Virus record (IMG/VR): IMGVR_UViG_3300036770_004513
Reading direction: 5' to 3' (one strand)
DNA: 64,000 nucleotides
Source: an uncultured virus (IMG/VR IMGVR_UViG_3300036770_004513)
Taxonomy: Duplodnaviria > Heunggongvirae > Uroviricota > Caudoviricetes
The notes below the pieces were generated by a model. It was given only the letters and a program-made list of their open reading frames with translations. It did no database searches and was not told the origin of the DNA. Within the stretch, counting starts at the first letter, position 1; every line of letters begins with the position of its first letter. The position numbers and the translations under genes are program-made. Below, piece by piece: positions 10,991 to 19,529 of this stretch.

Positions 10991-11242
10991 TTATTCAGGC
11001 CGATTAAATACGGCATCTTCAATAAGTTTTTCGTGCCATTCTCCTGTTCTTGCAGGTTCATCGGTAAATGAAATACCAATCCTGCATTTTGACTTAATAA
11101 GATTTTCCAAAATTCGAGCCTTCATTTCATCACTAAATGCGTGAAACGTAAGGGGCTTGTTAAGTGAATCCTCGAAATTATCTGTATTGAGTATGGATGC
11201 AACAGATGCACAACCAACAACCTGAACTTTTATGGTAGACAT
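10991..11242 (-). CDS. hypothetical protein
   Basis: AGGAG RBS, own promoter. Confidence 0.6.
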   Translation of the reverse strand: MSTIKVQVVGCASVASILNTDNFEDSLNKPLTFHAFSDEMKARILENLIKSKCRIGISFTDEPARTGEWHEKLIEDAVFNRPE

Positions 11243-11331
11243 AAGGATGGCTCCTTTGGGTTGACGATGTAAGTATGGCACAGCTGAACGGATCTGGCAA
11301 CCCTTTAACCGATCAGCAGTGCTTATGGATC

Positions 11332-11685
11332 CTAAATGTACTCAATCGGTATGATTTCATTACCATAATTAACAACTTGAGACCAAACATAGATAACTTT
11401 TTTATGTTGCAATTCCAAATCTTTCATAATTTCATCCCTGACTTTGTTTAACTGTTCCCGTTCAGGATAATCCGCCAAATCACCAACATACTTATGGGGT
11501 TTAACCTCAACTTGGATGCGTTTCCCATCACTAAACCAGATATTAAAGTATCCATAAGCATTTTTACACCAACTATCAAGGTGAAGTGGGATACCATAAT
11601 AATCCTGAAATACAGGATTAGAAACCCTGATAACGTGACGAAAATCGACAGTGCAATCGGCAATGCTATAAAGAACAGGTTGCAT
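11332..11685 (-). CDS. hypothetical protein
   Basis: ORF in cassette. Confidence 0.65.
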   Translation of the reverse strand: MQPVLYSIADCTVDFRHVIRVSNPVFQDYYGIPLHLDSWCKNAYGYFNIWFSDGKRIQVEVKPHKYVGDLADYPEREQLNKVRDEIMKDLELQHKKVIYVWSQVVNYGNEIIPIEYI

Positions 11686-11906
11686 AAGGAACATTCCTTA
11701 ACGACAAAGTAACAATAACACATCCCCACCAGCCTGTCAACCCTTTAACCGATCAGCAGTGCTTATGGATCAGGTCTTGACAAAACAATTCATACTGCTA
11801 GAATACAGCCAACGGGGATGCTGTCTCTTTTTTTCCTTATAATTATAACCAATTATAAAAACCTAAAATACAGTAAAAGGGGCGGAAAAATTCCACCCCT
11901 TGCAAG

Positions 11907-12173
11907 TCAATTTCTGAAGATGAGGTAATTATGTTCTTTCAATTTAGTAAAGATAATACTTGCAGCATCCTTATACATTTCATCAGGCCTCCATTCCACA
12001 AAAGAATAGCTAACACTACTAATACGAATCTTTCCTGGAAACTTGTAAGACAATTGAAATTTATCGGGTTGATTTGGAATAGGCGTTAACTTATAATTTG
12101 TTAATGCCTCCGCAATTTCAACCTTTGTGCCATAATAGGCCCGATCAGTTCTAGGATCGACAACGCAATACAT
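11907..12173 (-). CDS. hypothetical protein
   Basis: 88-aa ORF coupled to the upstream gene, followed by a terminator. Confidence 0.6.
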   Translation of the reverse strand: MYCVVDPRTDRAYYGTKVEIAEALTNYKLTPIPNQPDKFQLSYKFPGKIRISSVSYSFVEWRPDEMYKDAASIIFTKLKEHNYLIFRN

Positions 12174-12176
12174 GAT

Positions 12177-12518
12177 TCAACCCACCATAGGGATAACGGC
12201 ATTGTCTTCAAACTCTTCCCCGTTATTCAAATACCACTCAAATTTCGATTGGTAGATACCGTTATTTGTGAATTCACGCAGGATAGCATTAAGCCGACTT
12301 TTGGTAGTCGTTGTGCGCCATCCACAGGAATTCACCACAACACTAAGGTCATCGACCAGGGTTGCAATTCGATGCCCGTGGAGATAAACATTGATGGTTC
12401 GACTAAACCCAGGAGTGTACTGAATACCCGATTCAATAACCTCCACACGGGTATTATTATTTTTCCAATTCTTCTTTTGTTTGATAGCAGAAATCATTTG
12501 GTGTTCAATGACTCGCAT
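12177..12518 (-). CDS. hypothetical phage protein (GWRTTTTKSRLNAIL family)
   Basis: paralogous to the C-half of 8158..8661. Confidence 0.75.
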   Translation of the reverse strand: MRVIEHQMISAIKQKKNWKNNNTRVEVIESGIQYTPGFSRTINVYLHGHRIATLVDDLSVVVNSCGWRTTTTKSRLNAILREFTNNGIYQSKFEWYLNNGEEFEDNAVIPMVG

Positions 12519-12666
12519 AATAGGAAGAGCGATGGGATGATGCGGGTTTCGTCCCGCTTGAACCTATTATTGCCCATGCTGCCTGCCTAGTGGGGAGACC
12601 TTGTGCCAGTCGTCCAACTGCCCACACTTATCACCACGGGCACCAGTGGCGGTGTATTCTTACAAG

Positions 12667-12845
12667 GTCGGTTGAGGGAGAGAGAGTTTAACTCTCTTTC
12701 TCATTGGCAAATCCAGTTCAAGTAAGAATAACTGTTGGCAGACAGTGTAAGGTGTGTTGATGGTTATCATCAACGTCTTTACTATTCTGAAAGGACGTTC
12801 TCCTGCCAGAGAATAGTGATAGAGGTTCAAATCCTCCAACCGATA
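12667..12845 (+). ncRNA. candidate structured RNA with tRNA-like acceptor stem and T-arm and an internal pseudoknot
   Basis: 5' GTCGGTT pairs with AACCGAT (12838-12844); T-arm GAGG-TTCAAAT-CCTC; several internal hairpins; loop ACTATTCT (12781-12788) complementary to AGAATAGT (12810-12817); -10 TATTCT at 12655-12660. Confidence 0.65.
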
Positions 12846-12926
12846 CTTTCTTTTTAAGGCCTTGTGCCAGTCATCCAACTGCCCACCATCTCACCCATTA
12901 TCCCCAAAATGGTGTATTATAGTATG

Positions 12927-13020
12927 GTCGGTGATTAGGTCCCACCGACAGGTTGGTTTATTCTCCTTTGTTAAATTGCATAATTTCCCCACTGTTTCTC
13001 CTTTCAGTGGGGATTTTTTT
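12927..13020 (+). ncRNA. candidate small RNA (5' hairpin, CU-rich linker, intrinsic terminator)
   Basis: GTCGGTG/CACCGAC hairpin; TCCCCACTG/CAGTGGGGA plus T7 terminator; -10 TATTAT at 12915-12920; no ORF. Confidence 0.55.
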
Positions 13021-13319
13021 GCTTAAAATTATAATTATTATAAATAATTCCAAAAAACCCAAAATAAGGTAATTGAATTGTTCGACCTAATGACCTATCA
13101 CCCCACCAACACCTAAAACCCCGTACAGAGCCTCCTAGGGGCCTCTGACGGGCTTCCCCTTTTTCCTTAAACCATAAATTCCTCTAATCCGTCAACTCTT
13201 GACAAAACATCCAATCCTGCTAGAATACAGCCAACGGAGAGGCTGTTCCTATTTTTAGAGTTAATTATCAATAAAAAAATCCCTCTTATTATAGAGGGAC
13301 AAAGTTCAAAATTCAAATT

Positions 13320-13781
13320 TCAAAGTTCAATAAACCGAAAGGCCCGGACACAGCCCGTACCCGTCTTACTACCGGAGCTCTGCACACCATTATTGAAATT
13401 CACGTAGCACGCACAAGTAGAGCTAGCCTCAGTAGAAGACCAGTAATACGTGGACGAAAAGTATTGATTTGCGTCCCTATATGCAAGTTTCAATTGCTTT
13501 TGTGAAGGAATAAACCACTGTGATGGATTGAGTCCGTGTTCCTTAAGTGACTCAAAAACATCAGTAAATTCCTCACTCCACTTACAAAGAACTTCAGTCT
13601 CCTTTGGTGCAGCAATAAGAACCAGTCCATCATATTTTGCAATAACAACACAACCATCCTCTAGCAATTCCCCAACATTAGCTTCTTCGATTGTAGGGAA
13701 AGCCTTATTCAGTTGTTCTTGAAGCCTATTCAATTGTTCTTGAGTTTTCTCGATCTCTTGTTGAAGTTGAATCCGATTCAT
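13320..13781 (-). CDS. CLec-fold (DUF1566/Lcl-like) DGR target paralog, coiled-coil leader
   Basis: WFIPS.KQL...YWSSTE...CVRAF; variable region at about 13341-13459. Confidence 0.9.
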   Translation of the reverse strand: MNRIQLQQEIEKTQEQLNRLQEQLNKAFPTIEEANVGELLEDGCVVIAKYDGLVLIAAPKETEVLCKWSEEFTDVFESLKEHGLNPSQWFIPSQKQLKLAYRDANQYFSSTYYWSSTEASSTCACYVNFNNGVQSSGSKTGTGCVRAFRFIEL

Positions 13782-13959
13782 AAGGAACACTCCTTAACGA
13801 CCCACTAACAATAACACAGATTCAAACCCATTCCAACAGCAGTAGACAGCCTTTCAACTGGCATAATACTTATTGACACAAGAAAGCTGTGCTAATCCTG
13901 TATTAGAAAAAATTGATCTAACACAGCCTAACACTGTTTTTTATTAAGTTGTTTAGGGT

Positions 13960-14155
13960 GATTATTGAATTGATTATTTGGTGTCTAAGCAGCGCCTTAC
14001 TGGGGGTCTAAATGCCGTTTCCAAGGTTACTTAGCAAAACCTCATAATAAATTCGTTAATCTATTCTGGACCGGGTTAGATTATTGAATTGATTATCAGT
14101 GTCTACACAGAGCCTTACTGGGGGTCGATGCCGTTTCCAAGGTTGTTAGCAAAAC
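13960..14155. repeat. two ~80-bp imperfect direct repeats in a non-coding gap
   Basis: GATTATTGAATTGATTAT..GTGTCTA..CAG.GCCTTACTGGGGGTC..ATGCCGTTTCCAAGGTT..TTAGCAAAAC at 13960-14040 and 14079-14155. Confidence 0.85.
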
Positions 14156-14328
14156 TGATAACGCTTTCTCCAATCTGTTATTATTTATAACACTTATTGT
14201 TTTAAGTGTGTTTTCGTCTGAGGGTGTATGATACGTTCACTACATTTAGAACTGACTAAAATTATTAAATTGTAGTTATTGCAGTCGATTTCAGCCAATA
14301 AAAAAGGGGCCTTATCAGCCCCAAGTTT

Positions 14329-14937
14329 CTAGAGTGTTATGAGTTTGAATGGAATAACAAAGGAACTGGTATTGAGATACTCTAGAGGAAGCCACAATCC
14401 ACTCCTTTCACTCCAGAATAAATCTCTGGCCATAATCCTTTTGCTTTTGAATTCTGGCTTAATCTTAAACAATTGGTCAATCATCTTACGGGTAGGTACA
14501 AACCAACCTGTATTCATTTGTATTGAACGAGGGGTGCTGTTTGTTGAATACATCCCCCTAATGTTAGCAATAAGAACCCAATTGTCTTTCTTATCCACAA
14601 CCAAATAATCAAAAACAGTATCCCCAGGAGAGCAGTTATCATAAGTCTTTTTAGCCTTTTCTTTTTCCAGTTGTTCCTGCAATTTGGCCAGTTGTTTCTG
14701 GGTTTCTTCAATCTGTTGCTGTAGATTCATAGATTCTTCCTTGAGTTTAATGGATTTGATGTTTAAGGGATTAGATACCTTACCATCCCAATAATAACCA
14801 TCTTGAGTGTATGTGTGTGCATTAACAATAAAAGGATAATCAGTTGAGGAGTTACTATAAACTACCCCTTCATAAGTCTTGTCATTCTTATAAGTAACAA
14901 TGACAGTCTTATTGACGAATTGTGAAAGGTCAATCAT
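14329..14937 (-). CDS. MIDLxQF-module protein with a degenerate CLec-like C-terminus
   Basis: N-module shared with 16076, 17239, 24171 and 48004; coiled coil; GWFVPT...FWS...VIPFKLITL remnant. Confidence 0.75.
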   Translation of the reverse strand: MIDLSQFVNKTVIVTYKNDKTYEGVVYSNSSTDYPFIVNAHTYTQDGYYWDGKVSNPLNIKSIKLKEESMNLQQQIEETQKQLAKLQEQLEKEKAKKTYDNCSPGDTVFDYLVVDKKDNWVLIANIRGMYSTNSTPRSIQMNTGWFVPTRKMIDQLFKIKPEFKSKRIMARDLFWSERSGLWLPLEYLNTSSFVIPFKLITL

Positions 14938-15029
14938 AGCAAGGGATCTCCTTTGGTGGGTGACTTGGTTATTGTAGCAGATGGATGAGAGCTGTTGGCC
15001 TTATGGTGTGCCAGTTGATAAAGTGTCCT

Positions 15030-15385
15030 AGTGTGAATTGATTGGGGGGTCTGTGTTTGTTATTGTTGATGGGTGTGAATTGATTATGTTGAGTGTCTTA
15101 TTGTTTGTCTGTGTTTGTTATTGTTGATGGGTGTGAATTGATTATGATTGGAAACCCGAGGATACTAGGCAATAAGGCACCCAACAACCATAATCAATAA
15201 TAAACCCCCCAAACAATAATAAACTCTACAAACTCTACAATCAATAATAAACTCTACAAACAATAAGGCACCCGAAACCCCCCAAACAATAATAAACTCT
15301 ACAAACAATAAGGCACCCGAAACCCCCCAAACAATAATAAACTCTACAAACTCTACAAACAATAATAAACTCTACAAACAATAAT
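15030..15385. repeat. iteron-like repeat tract with a strand-composition switch at about 15150
   Basis: 2x GTCTGTGTTTGTTATTGTTGATGGGTGTGAATTGATTATG, then many AAACAATAATAAACTCTAC and CAATAAGGCACCCGAAACCCCCC units. Confidence 0.9.
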
Positions 15386-15548
15386 TCCCCATCCTTATCA
15401 CAAAAAACCTCAAATGTCACGAAACTAGAACATTTCCCTGGGTCAGCCTTTATCGTATCAATCAAAAACAATTTACCCCCATCAATCTATAGTCCTACAA
15501 AATGGGTTTTAAATGTATTCCATAATACAATAAATCCTTACCAATTCT

Positions 15549-16073
15549 TTACCAACTTTCGCTGTCTAATGATTCCCGTTTAAGACTCAAAATCCTACCA
15601 GTTTCGTGATAAATCAATTCCTGAACCTGCAACTCATCCTCACTCAAATATTGGCCTCCTACAAGATCCTGAAATACCTCAATCCGTCCCAAATTACACT
15701 GTTGAACAATCTCATAAAAATCCTTCTCCAACTGAATCCCCTCACCCAATTCCCTTCCAATTAGACTACAGCAAACCTCCTTATGAGCAATAAACTGATA
15801 ATTCCACCAATTGCTATAAGAGTCATAAACCTCCTTTGGACAACAACCATAATCATCATAATCCTCTACAGAAAGATAAAGAAACTCTCCGCAAGGACGA
15901 TTTTGCTTCCAATTGAATTCATTGAAATGGGCGAAACTAAGGACGGAATGAGTAGAAAAAGACCTGGGTTCCTTTGATGAATTGTAATAAGGCACCATAA
16001 AGGCAACCAAGACAGGTTCACCAGCAGCAATCTCAGTCCTGGTGATACTACACGTAGCAGAGAAACATCCCAT
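15549..16073 (-). CDS. hypothetical phage protein
   Basis: 174-aa ORF; MGCFSATCSIT and YDDYG motifs. Confidence 0.75.
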   Translation of the reverse strand: MGCFSATCSITRTEIAAGEPVLVAFMVPYYNSSKEPRSFSTHSVLSFAHFNEFNWKQNRPCGEFLYLSVEDYDDYGCCPKEVYDSYSNWWNYQFIAHKEVCCSLIGRELGEGIQLEKDFYEIVQQCNLGRIEVFQDLVGGQYLSEDELQVQELIYHETGRILSLKRESLDSESW

Positions 16074-16075
16074 AA

Positions 16076-16744
16076 TCAGAAACTAACGAAACGAAAGGCC
16101 CGGACACAGAGCGTACACGCCTTACTAGAGGTGCCCTGGGTACCAAAATTGAAATTCACGAGGCACGCAGTAGTAGAGCTAGCCTCAGTAGAAGACCAGT
16201 AATACGCGGACGAGAAATGTTGTTCTGCGTTGGTGTATGCAAGTTTCAATTGCTTTTGTGATGGAATAAACCACTGTGAGGGGTTAAATCCTTTTTTCTT
16301 AAGTTTATCAAAAACAGGAGTAAATTCTGGGGTCCATTTACAGCGAACCTCAGTATCTTTTGGAGCAGCAATAAGAGCTGCATTACCGTACTTCTCAATA
16401 ACAACAGTTCCATCCTCCAATTCATCGCCAGGATTTGCATCTTGGAGAGTAGGATAGCTTTTTGCTAGTTGTTGCTTGATAAGTTCTGCTTCTCGTTGGA
16501 TTGTTTCAAGTCGTTGTTCTAGGGTTTCTTCCTTGAGTTTAATGGATTTGATGTTTAGGTGATAAGGGTTTTTGCTCTCCCAAAAATAACCATCCCTCGT
16601 GTAAGAAGTAAGGCTGCCATCAGGATACCGCAATTTATAAGGAAAAAGCGAGGAGTTAAACCTTTCAATAACACCTTCCCTTGTGGTTCCACCCTCACGG
16701 GTTACGACAACAGTTTTGTTGATAAATTGTTCAAGATCAATCAT
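16076..16744 (-). CDS. CLec-fold DGR target paralog with MIDLEQF N-module
   Basis: conserved VR scaffold at about 16097-16215. Confidence 0.9.
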   Translation of the reverse strand: MIDLEQFINKTVVVTREGGTTREGVIERFNSSLFPYKLRYPDGSLTSYTRDGYFWESKNPYHLNIKSIKLKEETLEQRLETIQREAELIKQQLAKSYPTLQDANPGDELEDGTVVIEKYGNAALIAAPKDTEVRCKWTPEFTPVFDKLKKKGFNPSQWFIPSQKQLKLAYTNAEQHFSSAYYWSSTEASSTTACLVNFNFGTQGTSSKACTLCVRAFRFVSF

Positions 16745-17238
16745 TGGTGGTTCCTCGGTTGACTAGAGTAGAATAACAGGTTTTTGGTTGGTGTTGGTGG
16801 GTGGTTGTGACAGTTATTGAGCTGTCATAGGATGTGTTGTTGGTATGCCTCTTCAAGTTGACTTTGTAAATCAACATTATGACTGAACATTGTGATAAGA
16901 TCATAACGTTCGTTAAAAAAATCATACTCAAACCAATAATAAGAACCACTAGCCAATTCTAACCTAGCGTATTGCCTGTTATTATGTCGGAATGCCTCAA
17001 ACACCCCTTATAATGTGGCGTCATTTGGGTTCTTATTCTTGATGGCGGAAAGTCTGGGCAAATTCTTCTGCTGCAGTAAAGGCCATTTCGGACAACCTCT
17101 TATAAGTTGTCCTGAGTTCTTCGATAGATCCATAACCATCCTCCTCTTGATGGAGGGTGGAATGAAGACCCGAAACCAAATCAATAAAGATAGATTGTCC
17201 TAGGTCAACAAAGCGTGTTTGATTGAATTCAGCCATAA

Positions 17239-17937
17239 TCAGAAACTAACGAAACGAAAGGCCCGGACAGGATGATGGCCATCTTTATAAAAATCAGACT
17301 GATTACCTGTACTAAGTTCTACAGTAATCGCTGAAATTTCAGAAAACTCATCGCAGGACCAATGAGTGTAAGTGTAAGAAACTCGCCTAAAGTTTTGTTT
17401 GGCGTTTTTATGGGCAAGTTTAAGTTGATTTGCAGTAGGAATAAACCACTGCGAAGGATTGAAATTGTGCTCTTGGAGTTTATCAAAGACAGGCTGAAAT
17501 TCTGGTGTCCAATGACAATAAATTTCAGTAGATTGTGGTGCAGCAATAAGAGCTGCATTACCGTATTTTTCAATAACAACAGTTCCATCCTCCAGCAGAT
17601 CACCAGGGTTGGCATCTTGGAGAGTAGGGAAAGTTATCTTCAATTGTTGCTTAATTGCCTCGGCTTCTCGTTGAATAGTCTCAAGCCGTTGTTCTAGGGT
17701 TTCTTCCTTCAGTTTAATGGATTTTATGTTTGCTGAACTAGGGCATTTGTCCGGCCAATAATAGCCATCCTTGGTGTAAGTAATAACAGATGCATAAGGA
17801 AAGGCACAAATAGAATACCGCAATTTATAAGGACAATTCGGGAAGTTATTCCTTTCAATAACACCTTCCCTTGTGGCTCCGTCTTCACGGGTTACGACAA
17901 CAGTTTTGTTGACAAATTGTTCAAGATCAATCATCAT
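17239..17937 (-). CDS. CLec-fold paralog with MIDLEQF N-module, diverged VR
   Basis: near-duplicate of 16076..16744 upstream of the VR; HWSCDE...PVRAFRFVSF. Confidence 0.85.
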   Translation of the reverse strand: MMIDLEQFVNKTVVVTREDGATREGVIERNNFPNCPYKLRYSICAFPYASVITYTKDGYYWPDKCPSSANIKSIKLKEETLEQRLETIQREAEAIKQQLKITFPTLQDANPGDLLEDGTVVIEKYGNAALIAAPQSTEIYCHWTPEFQPVFDKLQEHNFNPSQWFIPTANQLKLAHKNAKQNFRRVSYTYTHWSCDEFSEISAITVELSTGNQSDFYKDGHHPVRAFRFVSF

Positions 17938-18019
17938 TGGTGGTTCCTCGGTTGACTAGAGTAGAATAACAGGTTTTTGGTTGGTGTTGGTGGGTGGTTG
18001 TGACAGTTAATCAGCTGGC

Positions 18020-18559
18020 TCAAAGTTCAACAAGCCTAAAGGCTCGAACAGGTTTTTCCCATCCCTTTTTGTGTTCATCAAGACTAAAGGCCCGAACAGG
18101 TTTTTCCCATCCCTTTCTGTCTTTTTTAGCAGGTTCGTAAACGCAGAAATAATCTAAGATTTCAAACATGAAAGGGTCATCGGGGCTGTACCAGTAACCC
18201 TTAATGGTAAAATTCGGAAAATGTTTATTTGCTCTAAAATAGGCAATTACAAGGTGAATTTCAGCAGGAATAAACCACTCTGATGGATTAAACCCATTTG
18301 CTTTCAAGGAGTCAAAAACCGCATTACACTTATAAGACCTATCACACCAAACTTCCGTTTCCTTTGGTGCTGCAATAAGCACCCTTTCTTTGTGGAAAGG
18401 GGTTTTTGGATAACGCTCGATAACAACACAACCATCATCCAACAATTCGCCTGGCTGAGCGTATTGAATGGACGATCGACTATTTGTTACTAGATTCCTA
18501 ATGCGCCTGAATAAATGTTGAGTTATTTCAAGCCACTGGCAAAATTTAGAATTGAGCAT
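18020..18559 (-). CDS. CLec-fold paralog, diverged VR with a duplicated C-terminal segment
   Basis: LIAAPKETEV, NPSEWFIP; KGWEKPVRAF present twice. Confidence 0.8.
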   Translation of the reverse strand: MLNSKFCQWLEITQHLFRRIRNLVTNSRSSIQYAQPGELLDDGCVVIERYPKTPFHKERVLIAAPKETEVWCDRSYKCNAVFDSLKANGFNPSEWFIPAEIHLVIAYFRANKHFPNFTIKGYWYSPDDPFMFEILDYFCVYEPAKKDRKGWEKPVRAFSLDEHKKGWEKPVRAFRLVEL

Positions 18560-18643
18560 AAGATTCTCCAGCTGACGTTGATAGTTTAACAGGATTTTGG
18601 TTGGTGTGGGTGGTTGGTTGTGCCAGTTAATCGGCTGTCCCCA

Positions 18644-19246
18644 TCAGCGGATCAAAAAAGTGTTGGAATTGTTGTTTTTCTCTGTGTAGAGTCTTTTGTC
18701 AAGATCGTAGTATGATGTTTTAGAACCTCTATAAATTATTGCGGAGATGTTTCCAGTATGGGGGTTAGTGCCGATTGCATCCACAATTCCCAAGTCTTTA
18801 GGAAAATGGGCAAATCTTCGGATTTTATAAACACGCTTACCAATTATTGATTCACGATCTTTTTTAGCAGAGGAAATCTTTTTAAATAGGCTCATATCTA
18901 CCTTCAACTCTCTTCTAGGATTATGAGTTCTTAGTCCGTTCCCTTTTTTGTTATTACAAGGAAAACACATTGGTTGATAGTTGTCTATGTGATTTTTACC
19001 ACCAAGGGACTTGGGAATAATGTGATCTACTGTGATAGGAACCAAGTCGTCAGTGTAAAGATCCACATGAATTCCTCCCCCACCATCAATCCCTTTAAAC
19101 AACCTAGTTCCCACCCTTCCGCAAGACACGCACACACAACCTTTTTGGACAAACACATTCAAACGATGATGATTTGAAAATTTAGTCCATAAGTTATCGA
19201 ATTCAATCTCTTCCGCCAGGGTGTAACTAAAAAACTGAGGTTTCAT
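18644..19246 (-). CDS. HNH endonuclease
   Basis: CVSCG...TVDHIIPKSLGGKNHIDNYQPMCFPCNNKKG. Confidence 0.9.
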   Translation of the reverse strand: MKPQFFSYTLAEEIEFDNLWTKFSNHHRLNVFVQKGCVCVSCGRVGTRLFKGIDGGGGIHVDLYTDDLVPITVDHIIPKSLGGKNHIDNYQPMCFPCNNKKGNGLRTHNPRRELKVDMSLFKKISSAKKDRESIIGKRVYKIRRFAHFPKDLGIVDAIGTNPHTGNISAIIYRGSKTSYYDLDKRLYTEKNNNSNTFLIR

Positions 19247-19529
19247 AATCAGCGATCAAACTTCTTGACTGGGTTATAAGGATTGAGATAATGTTCTTTA
19301 ATCTCAACATCAAATGGGTCGATTTCTGGATGTTTATCCCTAAGAAATTCCTTACATTGATCTCTTTTTGGGAAACCACAAAGGATTTCTCCGTGATGAA
19401 CTGCAACGTAGATTGTGTAGTCGGTCATAAGATCCTCCAGCTGACTTTGATAGTTTAACAGGGTTTGAAATGGACTTGATGAGTGGTTGTGTCAGTTTAT
19501 TTTGTGGCACAAAGTTCAAGTAACAAATT

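Larger units (their letters stand above)
3060..13300. repeat. array of about 13 conserved intergenic cassettes (terminator hairpin, plus-strand sigma70 promoter, minus-strand gene promoter)
   Basis: the block (T)TGAC(A)-N16/17-TAGAAT..CCAAC(GGGGAGA/ACCCACC)CTGT..T-rich..AAACAATAAAAA-hairpin recurs near 3100, 3630, 4540, 5940, 6440, 7160, 8065, 8780, 9355, 9885, 10435, 11800 and 13220. Confidence 0.9.

Noticed and set aside
12667..12845. Canonical tRNA or tmRNA call
   Set aside because: No recognisable D-arm or anticodon arm; too short for one-piece tmRNA and lacking its GGGG start and G3-U70 alanine identity. Kept as an unclassified ncRNA candidate.
3060..13300. Integron gene-cassette array
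   Set aside because: The repeats contain promoters and terminators rather than attC-like long imperfect palindromes, and there is no tyrosine integrase in the window.
1042..15385. CRISPR array interpretation of the repeat tracts and intergenic cassettes
   Set aside because: No constant-length repeats separated by unique 25-45 bp spacers, and no cas genes.
15165..15471. ORFs 15165..15362 and 15241..15471; also this A-rich tract as the DGR template repeat
   Set aside because: The translations are artefacts of the tandem repeat. The tract is AAT/AAC-rich but shares none of the invariant VR scaffold (TACTGGTCTTCT, GCGTGC, GTCCGGGCC).
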